Shown: piece after piece, positions 9,960 to 18,672 of the stretch | Numbering within the stretch: position 1 is the first letter of the stretch | How the letters are laid out: each line of letters starts with the position of its first letter | Source: Polyangiaceae bacterium | GTDB taxonomy: Bacteria > Myxococcota_A > Polyangia > Polyangiales > Polyangiaceae | Assembly (NCBI GenBank): GCA_965222375.1 | Contig: CBDCTZ010000016.1 | Span: 1,792,001-1,856,000 of the forward strand | Direction of reading: 5' to 3' | Length of the DNA stretch: 64,000 bases | Notes under the pieces: model-generated | What the model was told of the DNA's origin: nothing | Databases searched by the model: none | What the model saw: only the letters and a program-made list of their open reading frames with translations | Position numbers and translations under genes: made by a program

Positions 9960-10937
9960 TCAAGCGCGCAACAGGCCCGAGCGTCGGTAACCCGCGGCGG
10001 CATGAGCCAGCGAACCCGCGAGCTGGTGCTGCGGCTGCCAATCTAGATCGCGCTGCAGCGCGGCGCTCGAGCACAAGAACGCAGGCGCGGCCATTTGCGC
10101 GTACTGCTTGGCGTCGAGCTGGTTGGTGAAGCCGAAAACTCTCGAGGCCAGGGTAGCGGCGCGCATGGCAGCATAGAGCACTGGGCGCGGCACCGGTACG
10201 ACTCGCACCTTCTTGCCCACGGCGCTCGACAGATCTCTCCACAGATCGTGCATGTCAATGGCGTCCGGGTGGCTCACGTAATAGGTGAAGTGGCCGTCGC
10301 GCTCGTCTTCAGCCATGCAGATGATGGCGGATACGACGTCGCGCACGTCCACGAAGGATATTCTCTGCGGCTGCCCCGCCACGCGAATGCCAACTCCGGA
10401 CTGTGCCGCGCGAAACAAGGTGAGGGTAGCGGGGTCATCGGGGCCGAACACGACGCAGGGTCGGAAGCTCGTCGTCGGAAAAGGCGCCGCGGCGACGATC
10501 TTCTCGGCTCGCGCCTTGGCGCCTCCGTAGGGTTCGATCGGCGCGACCGGGTCCGCTTCAGTCCAGGGTTGTGTGCGGGACGACGGCCCCGCCGCGGCCA
10601 GGGACGACGCGAACAAGAGGCGGCGAGGCGACCAGCTTTGCCGCTCGAGGCATGCCAGCAGATCCTCGACAGCTTCGAAGTTGATCGCTTCGTACTGCTC
10701 AGGCGAGTCCGCGGTGACGACGCCTGCCAGGTGAACCACGACGTCCGCTTCGGGCAGCACCGTGTCCGTCTTCCGAAACAGCGAGAGATCTCCCGCGTGT
10801 AGGCTGACGGCATCCGGCAATGCCTTGGCCTTCTTTGGCGAGCGCACCAGAGCCGTCACGTCGTGACCGCTGTCGCGGAGCGCGCGGCAGAGATGATGAC
10901 CGATGAACCCGGTCGCGCCGGTAACGAAGAACCGCAT
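9960..10937 (-). CDS. NAD-dependent epimerase/dehydratase family protein
   Basis: VTGATGFIG, HLAG and YGGAK motifs. Confidence 0.9.
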   Translation of the reverse strand: MRFFVTGATGFIGHHLCRALRDSGHDVTALVRSPKKAKALPDAVSLHAGDLSLFRKTDTVLPEADVVVHLAGVVTADSPEQYEAINFEAVEDLLACLERQSWSPRRLLFASSLAAAGPSSRTQPWTEADPVAPIEPYGGAKARAEKIVAAAPFPTTSFRPCVVFGPDDPATLTLFRAAQSGVGIRVAGQPQRISFVDVRDVVSAIICMAEDERDGHFTYYVSHPDAIDMHDLWRDLSSAVGKKVRVVPVPRPVLYAAMRAATLASRVFGFTNQLDAKQYAQMAAPAFLCSSAALQRDLDWQPQHQLAGSLAHAAAGYRRSGLLRA

Positions 10938-10994
10938 GAGACCCCCTGGAGAAAGCCGAGGGTCAGAGCCTACGCGATGGCGCGCCGCGCTGCC

Positions 10995-11921
10995 TCAGAG
11001 AGGTCGCACCGGGACGCATATTTCGACGTCGTGCTTGTGCTCGGGATCCTGCTCGGGATTGTTGAGGTAGCGCTCGAAACAGACTCGGTCGTCGGGTTGG
11101 AAGCCGCTGTCCGGGAGCCACTGAGCCATCAGCGCGTCCCAGGCAGCCCCGTATTGGTCGGCGTCGAGGCGGAAGCGCGCAATCGCGTACTTGCCACCGG
11201 GGACCATCATCGCGCCGATCTCACCGTCCACCTCCACGTCATCACCGACCGTGAGGCAGATGCTCGTGCGCAGCTTCGAGTCATCGGTGACGTCCGGATT
11301 ATCGTGGTAGACGGACATGAATTGCGTGTTCGGGCCGAATAGCCCCCGCGGCCCCGCCCAGCCGGCGAGCTGACCAAATAGGCGCCCAAAAAGCTCGGCG
11401 TCTCCCTGGTACGGTCCAACGTGTCGCAGGTAGGCCACGCGCACCGGATCCAACTCCTTTACTTCGACCAACATGTTCAGTTCTTTCGTCATGGCTGAAC
11501 TCCTTTCAGCAACAACATAGGAGCTGCGGCCGAGCTGATCTTTGCGGGGATTGCTATCCGCTTTGCGCAACTTGCTAAGTGCCGCGCCATCTTTGCGCCA
11601 ATCGCTCGCGCTCATCGAAAACTCGCTTCGAAAGGCGCGCGCGAAGGTGGCTGGGCTGGAAAACCCATTGTCGAGAGCGATCTCTGTCACCGACCGTGTG
11701 GGATTGTGCAGCAGTTGTGTCGCCGCGCGCTCCAACCTGAGCCGCTGGATGAAGCGTTGCAGCGTTTCCCCCAACATCGCTTTGAAAATCCGATGGAAAT
11801 GAAACGGCGAAAAGCACGCCACCTTCGCCAACCCCTCCAGGTGCAGGTCTTCGTGCAGATGCACCTCGATGTGATCAATCACCCGATTGATGCGCGCCAC
11901 GTATTCTGCGCGGTGGTCCAT
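10995..11921 (-). CDS. AraC-family regulator with C-terminal GyrI-like effector domain
   Basis: N-terminal HTH (FSPFHFHRIFK ... GFSS...F.RAF) and GyrI-like RHVGPY...W...WLP.SG. Confidence 0.92.
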   Translation of the reverse strand: MDHRAEYVARINRVIDHIEVHLHEDLHLEGLAKVACFSPFHFHRIFKAMLGETLQRFIQRLRLERAATQLLHNPTRSVTEIALDNGFSSPATFARAFRSEFSMSASDWRKDGAALSKLRKADSNPRKDQLGRSSYVVAERSSAMTKELNMLVEVKELDPVRVAYLRHVGPYQGDAELFGRLFGQLAGWAGPRGLFGPNTQFMSVYHDNPDVTDDSKLRTSICLTVGDDVEVDGEIGAMMVPGGKYAIARFRLDADQYGAAWDALMAQWLPDSGFQPDDRVCFERYLNNPEQDPEHKHDVEICVPVRPL

Positions 11922-12046
11922 CTACGGATCTGAGTAGTCCAATATTCGGCCCGCGACATCCCTCGCGGCGCATGGGTAGCTGAAGGGGTCCCACGGGCCA
12001 AGGCGAGCGGGGCGGGTCCCCGGGCTCCCAGGCCCCCGCGCCAAAT

Positions 12047-12072
12047 CAGTGTACTGCAAGTCTAGTACACTG
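12047..12072. promoter_or_regulatory. Palindromic operator upstream of YtrA-type GntR gene
   Basis: CAGTGTACT-N8-AGTACACTG perfect inverted repeat 16 bp upstream of the gntR start; resembles YtrA-subfamily TGTA...TACA boxes. Confidence 0.75.
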
Positions 12073-12088
12073 GTACAGTTCGGCAACC

Positions 12089-12490
12089 GTGGCGCTCCGA
12101 TTTCACATCACGCCTGGCTCGACCGCTCCAATCTATCGGCAGATCGCCGATCAGGTCCGCACCGCGGTCGCCACCGGAAGCCTCGCCATCGGCGATGCTC
12201 TGCCGAGCGTGCGCGTCCTTGCCACGCAACTAGTTGTCAACCCGAACACCGTGGCGAAGGCCTATGCAGAACTCTGCGCCGATGGCGTCGCCGAAGCGCG
12301 GCGTGGACGCGGGGTGTTCGTTGCCAGACAGCGCCAAGTACTCAGCAAACACGAACGAAGACGCCGCTTGAACGAGCTGGCGGATGCGTTCGTGCACCAG
12401 GCTACTCTACTCGGATTCTCTCGCGAAGAAGGCTTGGCGCTGATCGAAAACCGTTGGGACGAATCCACCAAGAAGGAGACCGGCTCGTGA
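12089..12490 (+). CDS. GntR-family regulator, YtrA subfamily
   Basis: PIYRQI...LPSVR.LA..L.VNPNTVAKAY..L...G......G.G.FV; short C-terminus; followed by an ABC ATPase. Confidence 0.92.
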   Translation: MALRFHITPGSTAPIYRQIADQVRTAVATGSLAIGDALPSVRVLATQLVVNPNTVAKAYAELCADGVAEARRGRGVFVARQRQVLSKHERRRRLNELADAFVHQATLLGFSREEGLALIENRWDESTKKETGS

Positions 12491-13407
12491 CAGGTGCCGC
12501 GATCGTTGCGCGAGAACTCACGCGCCAGTTCGACAGTCATCTTGCAGTGTGCAACGTCTCTTTCGCCATTCCCCGTGGCCAAGTGTTCGCGCTCATTGGC
12601 CGCAATGGCGCTGGCAAAACGACCGTCATGCGTATGCTGCTGGGAATGCTGGAGCTGACTTCCGGCGACGCACTACTGCTGGGGCGCCCTAGCACCATGC
12701 TGACTCCAGATTTGCGTGCGCGTATCGGCTTCTTGGCCGAGGGCTGCGCCATGTACGATTGGATGCGCGTTCGAGATTGCATCGCGTTTCAGCGCGACTT
12801 CTATCCGCAGTTCGATCAACGCTTGTGCGATGCGGTAGTCGACGCGTTCCGTCTGGGGGGGCAGCAGAAGGCCGGTCATCTCTCCCAAGGCCAGCGCGCC
12901 GGGTTGAACCTCGCCGTCGTGCTGGCGACTGAGCCGGAGGTGTTGCTCTTGGACGATCCCGTCATGGGATTGGACCCGGTGGCTCGCCGCCTGTTGCTCG
13001 AGGCGATGGTGCACTTCTCCCAGCGCGCTTCCTGCACCATCCTATTCTCTACGCACTTGCTCGCGGACGTGGAGCGCGTGGCCGACGGCGTGGCTGTCTT
13101 GGAACGAGGCGCGCTCCGCGCATGCTGTGGCATCGACGTATTCACCGAGCGTGTTCGTCGCTACGCCCTTCACTACGACGGCGAGCCGCCCGAGCCCCTG
13201 GACCTACCAGGACTGGTGGCAACGAAACGCTTTGCCCGCGAGTTGCAGGTCACCGTGGCGGCAGACGCGGATGATGCCTTGCGCGCCATCCAAGACACGA
13301 AACCCGCGCGCGTCGAAGCGCTGGAAACCAGTTTCGAAGATTCCGCCATCGCCTACCTCGGGGATCCTGGCGAAACCCGGTTTCTGATGCCGGAGGCTCG
13401 TATATGA
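12487..13407 (+). CDS. ABC transporter ATP-binding protein (YtrB-like)
   Basis: Walker A GRNGAGKT, signature LSQGQ, Walker B LLLDD, H-loop STH; GTGA overlap with gntR. Confidence 0.92.
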   Translation: MTGAAIVARELTRQFDSHLAVCNVSFAIPRGQVFALIGRNGAGKTTVMRMLLGMLELTSGDALLLGRPSTMLTPDLRARIGFLAEGCAMYDWMRVRDCIAFQRDFYPQFDQRLCDAVVDAFRLGGQQKAGHLSQGQRAGLNLAVVLATEPEVLLLDDPVMGLDPVARRLLLEAMVHFSQRASCTILFSTHLLADVERVADGVAVLERGALRACCGIDVFTERVRRYALHYDGEPPEPLDLPGLVATKRFARELQVTVAADADDALRAIQDTKPARVEALETSFEDSAIAYLGDPGETRFLMPEARI

Positions 13408-13851
13408 AGGCGCTGATCAAGAAGGAGCTGCGCGAGAATGTCTGGCTGTTTCTCGGCGCGCTGGTGATCATGCCTCGCGCCCCCAGCGCTGACCTGGGCA
13501 AGCATGGTGACGCACAAACGTCCGGCCTGGGGGTTCGCCCAATGGGCTGCAATGCACGCGTGGATCGCGCTGCTGATCGGCCTGATCTCCGCAGCGATCA
13601 GCTTGGCCCTCAGTCGCGGCCGCAAGCGCACCACACGGCTCAGCCTTGCCGCGCTGTGCGTCGCCGGCGGTCCTCTCGGCGCATTGCTGCCGTTGCTGCT
13701 GCCTCACGATGGCGACGTGCGTTGCTCCAAGTGCCGGCGCTTCCGCCCCCTTGGGCCTCAGCCCTGCGCCGGATGCGACAGCCAATTGAGCGGCTACACC
13801 AAGTCCGATTCGAGCATCCTCGACGACGCCTTCATGCCAGGCGCACACTGA
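13404..13851 (+). pseudogene. Internally deleted, frame-disrupted ABC permease-like membrane gene
   Basis: Starts MKALIKKELRE plus a hydrophobic stretch (ABC-2 permease-like N-terminus) and loses sense after about 23 aa. A different frame then gives two TM helices and a CSKC...CAGC ribbon ending at TGA 13851. Confidence 0.6.
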
Positions 13852-13935
13852 GCCACTCCCCTTGCAGCCGACGAACGCTGCGTAGCCCACGCTGAGCCAC
13901 TCCCCTTGCAGCCGACGAACGCTGCGTAGCCCACG
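13848..13935. repeat. Exact 44-bp tandem duplication
   Basis: CTGAGCCACTCCCCTTGCAGCCGACGAACGCTGCGTAGCCCACG at 13848-13891 and 13892-13935. Confidence 0.95.
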
Positions 13936-14054
13936 CACGGCATGGTGCTAGGGCGGACCGGCGTTCCGGCTTGCGTCGGCGAAGCACTGGGCGCGGCACG
14001 TTGCTCAGGTTCACGATTTGCGACGCGCGACCCATGCTCCAGCAGCCACACGTT

Positions 14055-14213
14055 GGGTTTGTTGCTGCCCCCCATCGCCCGGCGTCGGCCCCGGCCCCGC
14101 GAGTCCCAACCGAGTCGAGCTGCTCACCAGCGCTGCCGTACTCGCCCGCGCACGCCGGCGCCTCCGGCGGTCGATTCCCCCCAAGCCCTCGCCTCCGGCT
14201 CGAGCGGGGGGAA
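14055..14213. repeat. Dispersed intergenic repeat family B, copy 2
   Basis: Same two conserved end blocks as 8572-8720 with a different central segment. Confidence 0.8.
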
Positions 14214-14219
14214 TGGCAC

Positions 14220-14990
14220 CTACTCGGGCAACATGTAGCCGTCGCGCGTGGCGTAGATTGCGCCATTGAAGTGCGCGTGCTGGCTGCCTTGGCCCATGTC
14301 GGCGAAGGCCCGCCGGTGAAACGCACGCATCCACATGCCGTGGATTCGGCAGAAGTGCTTCGTGCAAGCGACCTGAACCGTGCTTGCGCCCGCGTCCACT
14401 CCAAGGGCTCGCTTCAGTTGGGCCGTGAACGACTTGTCGATGTTCCCGGGCGTCAACTCTGCATCGAGCTTCTTGAACCGCTTGATCTCGCGCTGCTCAG
14501 CTTGTTCTCGCTGCTTGCACCTGTTCAACGCCTTCGCCAGGCAGCGACGACCGGCGAAGCTGTCTTTCGCACGCGCGAGCTCTACGCGCTGCTTCCACGT
14601 CAGCCCTGTCGCGGAGCGCTCTTGGACGACTGTCCACCGGCACTGCCGTTCGGCATGTTCCCGGCATGACAAGCCCATGCGTCTCGGAGCGGCACCGTCG
14701 CCGACCAACACCCACGTCCCGCCGTCCCACCCGGCGCGTCCTTTGAGTTTCGGAGTAAGTCGGAAGGGAAGACGGACACGGTCGGGCATCGCGTCGGGTC
14801 CTCGCTGGGTGCCAGCGTCCGAAACACCCACCGCTGCTCCCGCTTCCCAAGCGATCGGCTGCGTGGTCGGGCGAGGCGCCCCGTACACCCGCGCTTCCAA
14901 CCGTGCCACGCGGTCGCCAAGTTCCGAGGAAGCCGCCCCCGCGCAGCCTCCGAGCATCAACACGGCGAGCAACCAGCGCGATGTGTTCAT
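14220..14990 (-). CDS. Hypothetical lipoprotein, tandem paralogue 2
   Basis: MNTSRWLLAVLMLGGC lipobox; shares Cys pattern and LDAELTP.NID..FTA.L.R with the neighbour. Confidence 0.75.
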   Translation of the reverse strand: MNTSRWLLAVLMLGGCAGAASSELGDRVARLEARVYGAPRPTTQPIAWEAGAAVGVSDAGTQRGPDAMPDRVRLPFRLTPKLKGRAGWDGGTWVLVGDGAAPRRMGLSCREHAERQCRWTVVQERSATGLTWKQRVELARAKDSFAGRRCLAKALNRCKQREQAEQREIKRFKKLDAELTPGNIDKSFTAQLKRALGVDAGASTVQVACTKHFCRIHGMWMRAFHRRAFADMGQGSQHAHFNGAIYATRDGYMLPE

Positions 14991-15044
14991 GCAACCACCG
15001 GAGACGCGGTCGTGAGTTCCTGGGACATTTCCATTCGAGAGCCC

Positions 15045-15809
15045 CTAGCGAGGGAACAAGTAGCCATTGCGGGTGATGTACACGGTTCCTCTCCAACCCA
15101 TGCTTCCGGTGCTGTTGGGCATCAATCGCGAAACCTGGAAAGACAAATGCATGTGTCTGTGCACGCCGCGAAATCTGCAGAAGCGCTCAGTACACACCAC
15201 TTGAACGGAACCGGCGCTAGCATCCTGGGCGAGGACGCGCTGCAGCTTGGCTGTGAACGCTTGGTCGATGTTCTTGGGCGTCAGCTCCGCGTCCAGACTC
15301 GCGAACCGTTGGTCTTTCGCTCTCGCTGCCTGCCGTGAACGCTTGCACTCGCGGCGCGCTGCTGCGAGGCACTTGCGTCCCGCGGCGCTGTCCTGTGCCC
15401 GCGCCAACGAGACACGTCGCCTCCACTTCAACCCTGATGAGGACCAGTCCTCGACAACGGTCTGGCGACAACGTTGCTCGGCCTGTTCAAGGCAGAGTTG
15501 ATACCAGGCGAGCGCGTCTGGGCCACTGTCCGCCACGACCATCCGCACGCCGCCATCCCACTTGGGTTTGCGAACGATCGGAAAGGGCGTTCTCATTCTC
15601 CCCCCGTCGCCCGCTGAAGCGTCGGCGCCGGCGCCATTCAGCCCCTGCCGCGGCTGCCCGGCGTTGAGCGCCCCGGCCTCGTACGCGGGGCGTTCCAGTT
15701 GCTCAACCCGCGCCTCCAAACGCGCAACGCGGTCCCCAAGTTCCGAAGACGTCGCCCCCGCGCAGCCTCCGAGCATCAATACGGCGAGCCACCAGCGTGA
15801 TGTGTTCAT
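15045..15809 (-). CDS. Hypothetical lipoprotein, tandem paralogue 1
   Basis: MNTSRWWLAVLMLGGC lipobox; clear paralogue of 14220-14990; ATG overlaps the upstream TGA. Confidence 0.75.
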   Translation of the reverse strand: MNTSRWWLAVLMLGGCAGATSSELGDRVARLEARVEQLERPAYEAGALNAGQPRQGLNGAGADASAGDGGRMRTPFPIVRKPKWDGGVRMVVADSGPDALAWYQLCLEQAEQRCRQTVVEDWSSSGLKWRRRVSLARAQDSAAGRKCLAAARRECKRSRQAARAKDQRFASLDAELTPKNIDQAFTAKLQRVLAQDASAGSVQVVCTERFCRFRGVHRHMHLSFQVSRLMPNSTGSMGWRGTVYITRNGYLFPR

Positions 15810-16339
15810 CAGAACACGCCTCGCAGGGTGAACATCTCCGGCTTGCGCGTGGTGGCTGCCCACGACTGAACGTCGCCACGCCACAGACTCGCCTGCGCGG
15901 GCCCCAACGTTGTCTCCGGATTCGCAAAGCCCATCGTGACAAGGGCTCCTCCGCCCAGCTGGGCGATCCCGTCTGCCGCCAGCGCCCACCCCGCGACGTT
16001 CGTTCCACTCCAGAGCGAAAGCCAGGGTCCTCCAACTGGTATCGCCAGCCAGCTTGTGTTGTCCCGAAAGCGCTCTTGCCCCGCGGTAACTAGCGCCGCG
16101 CCATAGGCAACACCGAAGAGCACGGCCCCACCTTGCACTGCAAGCCAGTCCGGCCAACTTGTACGCTGGTCTGTGGCTGTGATGGTGCGCACCGAGCTGG
16201 AGATCGATGTCGCGCCCCTTGCCGCCGGCGTGTCCTCCGGAGCGGCTTCGGTTGTCGTAGCCAGGAGGGGGAGCGCAGCCCCGACCAACGCACAGCCAGC
16301 ACGCGCGCGGAAAGGCGCGCGCGGCCGCTTGGACACCAT
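15809..16339 (-). CDS. Hypothetical membrane protein
   Basis: Signal-like N-terminus, hydrophobic segments and a WLAIPVGGPW motif. Confidence 0.6.
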   Translation of the reverse strand: MVSKRPRAPFRARAGCALVGAALPLLATTTEAAPEDTPAARGATSISSSVRTITATDQRTSWPDWLAVQGGAVLFGVAYGAALVTAGQERFRDNTSWLAIPVGGPWLSLWSGTNVAGWALAADGIAQLGGGALVTMGFANPETTLGPAQASLWRGDVQSWAATTRKPEMFTLRGVF

Positions 16340-16493
16340 CGATTGCCATCATGCTGATTGTCCCGGGGCGACCCGTGGGACGCAAGCGCGCGCCGGCGGT
16401 TGCATGACCGGAGTCAATCCGCTTGGCGCGTTTGCGCGCGAGCCTGTGGTCGAGTTTCGCCGTGCGCGCAGCTAGGTGGCTTTGCACCGGAGT

Positions 16494-16548
16494 GGCCCAG
16501 CTTGGGAGTAGTGGCCCAAGTCGCAAACGCGAACCGACCCAAACCCAA
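16494..16548. repeat. Dispersed repeat family A, short copy
   Basis: GGCCCAGCTTGGGAGTAGTGGCCC...CCGACCCAAACCCAA resembles the arms of 41137-41310. Confidence 0.5.
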
Positions 16549-16677
16549 GGCAGACAAGAGAGAGGCTCAGGGTTGCAGGCGCAACTCTGAAATTGCGCCG
16601 TTGAAGGGGGCGATGCTCGAAACACACGCCGGGCTGCCGGCCGAAACTGGCTGTTCCAGTCGAACCGGCTGGAGCGC

Positions 16678-18486
16678 CTACAGCCCCAACTTCGGCAATA
16701 GCTTTTCCAGCTGAGCCAGCGGCGTCTCTAGGCTGCGGATCCCTTCTTGCCAAAACTCGCGGGACTCTAGGTCGCGGCCTAGCGCCTCTTTGGCCACATC
16801 CTGGGCGAGGCCGCTGCCGGTGAGCTTCAAGAGCTGTTCGTAGCGGGGCAGGAACTTGGGACCTTCGGCCTTGAATTGGGCGTAGATGCCGCGACTGAGC
16901 AGATAGCCGAAAGTGTAGGGGAAGTTGTAGAAGCTCACGCCGGAAATGTAGAAGTGCAACTTGCTGGCCCAGAACAGCGGGTCTTCACCGCCTTCGGCCA
17001 AGGTGTCGCCAAAGATGCGGCGCTGGGTCTTCGCCATCATGCTGGAGAGCTCACTCGTGCCGATTTCCTCCTTCTTGCGGCGTTCGTAGAACTCCTTTTC
17101 GAATTGGAAGCGCACGGGGATGTCGAGCAAGAACGCGGTGGCGTCGCCGAGTTGCTCGGCGAGCAACACCGCGCGCTCCTGATCGGAGATTTCCGGATTT
17201 TCCATGAGCCCATCGCTGAGCACCATCTCGGCGAAGGTGGACGCAGACTCGGCCAGCGTCATCGGGTACTGTCGAGCCATGCCGCGCATGTCGCGCATGA
17301 CCCAGTTGTGGAAGGCGTGCCCAACCTCGTGGGCGAGGGTCGATACGTCCGAGAGCGCGCCCTGGAAGGTCATGAAGACCCGGGACTCGTTGATCAGCGG
17401 TGAGCTCGTGCAGTAGGCGCCGGGTTGCTTGCCGTCCCTCGGTTCCCACTCCACCCAATTGTTGTCGATGACCCGATCGAAGAACTTGGACAGATCCGGG
17501 TACGCTCGGCTGAAGGCGCCGCGGACCATGGTCTGGGCGCCGTCCCAGCTGACTTCTTGGCTCGACTTCAGGGGCAGGGGCGCCTCGAGATCGCACCAAC
17601 TGATCTGTTCGATACCGAGGGCCTTCGCTTTGAGTCGAAGGTAGCGGCGGGCGATCTCCGCGTTGTCCTCTACGGCCTCGAACATGGCGTCGAGGGTCTT
17701 GTGGGAAATGGCGGCGTCGAATATCGCCACGTCCAAGAAGTGTTCGATGCCGCGCTCCGCGTACAAGGTGTGGCGCGTTCCTGCGATGGCGTTGATTGCG
17801 GCGGCGGCGACGTCGGCGACTCCTTGCCAGGCGGCATTGCCGCCCTCGAAGGCAGCCAGGCGTACCGCGCGGTCGGCGTTGCTCGTCAGGGAGCGGCGGC
17901 GCGACATGGGTAGCTTCTCGCTGCGGCCGTCGGGCCACTTCATGTCGAAGCTGAGCGTGCCGGCCAGCGTGTCGTAGAGGCGCCCCCAGGCATGGATACC
18001 GTCGGTTCCCAAGTCTGCGGCAAGGGCCTCCAATTTCGGCTCCATCGACAGGCGGGCTTCTTCCCGCAGGCGGCGCACGAAGAACTGGCCATTTTCCAAG
18101 CTGGGCTCTTTCGAGAGCGTCTCCATGGCGCTGTCGTCCGCGTCTCGCACGCCACGGAACAGTTCTACAGCGAGCTTCTGGAAGTCCGCGCTCATCACCG
18201 ACAAGCGACTACTCTCTCTGCGATAGGCCTCGTTGGTCGCGTCGCAGGACGATAGGGCGTGCACGTAGGACCACACGTGGCTCAGGCGCGTGGAGAGGGC
18301 CTCGAACTCCGTGAGCACGCCGGCCCAAGCCTTCGAATTGTCGTTGGTTAGTGGAGAGAGCTTCTTCGCCCGGGCCGTCGCGCCCGTCACATCGTCACCG
18401 AGCTGCTGGGTGAACTCGCGGTATTCGGGGCCGTCAAAGGTCGGGAAATACGCCGAGAGGTCCCAGTTCATCAGGGGAGCATTCAT
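16678..18486 (-). CDS. M3-family oligoendopeptidase (PepF-like)
   Basis: HEVGHAFH zinc motif, AESAS, and HFY...FYNFPYTFGYL. Confidence 0.93.
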   Translation of the reverse strand: MNAPLMNWDLSAYFPTFDGPEYREFTQQLGDDVTGATARAKKLSPLTNDNSKAWAGVLTEFEALSTRLSHVWSYVHALSSCDATNEAYRRESSRLSVMSADFQKLAVELFRGVRDADDSAMETLSKEPSLENGQFFVRRLREEARLSMEPKLEALAADLGTDGIHAWGRLYDTLAGTLSFDMKWPDGRSEKLPMSRRRSLTSNADRAVRLAAFEGGNAAWQGVADVAAAAINAIAGTRHTLYAERGIEHFLDVAIFDAAISHKTLDAMFEAVEDNAEIARRYLRLKAKALGIEQISWCDLEAPLPLKSSQEVSWDGAQTMVRGAFSRAYPDLSKFFDRVIDNNWVEWEPRDGKQPGAYCTSSPLINESRVFMTFQGALSDVSTLAHEVGHAFHNWVMRDMRGMARQYPMTLAESASTFAEMVLSDGLMENPEISDQERAVLLAEQLGDATAFLLDIPVRFQFEKEFYERRKKEEIGTSELSSMMAKTQRRIFGDTLAEGGEDPLFWASKLHFYISGVSFYNFPYTFGYLLSRGIYAQFKAEGPKFLPRYEQLLKLTGSGLAQDVAKEALGRDLESREFWQEGIRSLETPLAQLEKLLPKLGL

Positions 18487-18672
18487 TCGAAAACCATCCT
18501 CATCGTCCACTTGCCGGACGTCCACCGAATTTGCGTGTTCACTGGTGGTTGCGGACCTGCGGCCCTGGGTCCTGCAGCGCAAGGGGTGGCATGAATCGTG
18601 TACTGCTCATCCTGGACGGCGCGTGGGTCGCATTTTGTGGCACAGCTCGCGCCAAATCATGGCGAGGTGATC

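Noticed and set aside
13848..13935. Possible CRISPR array
   Set aside because: Two directly adjacent 44-bp copies with no spacer, and no cas genes in the window.
15810..16625. 526-aa ORF 15045-16625
   Set aside because: Paralogy with 14220-14990 fixes the start at 15809; the extension overlaps another gene.
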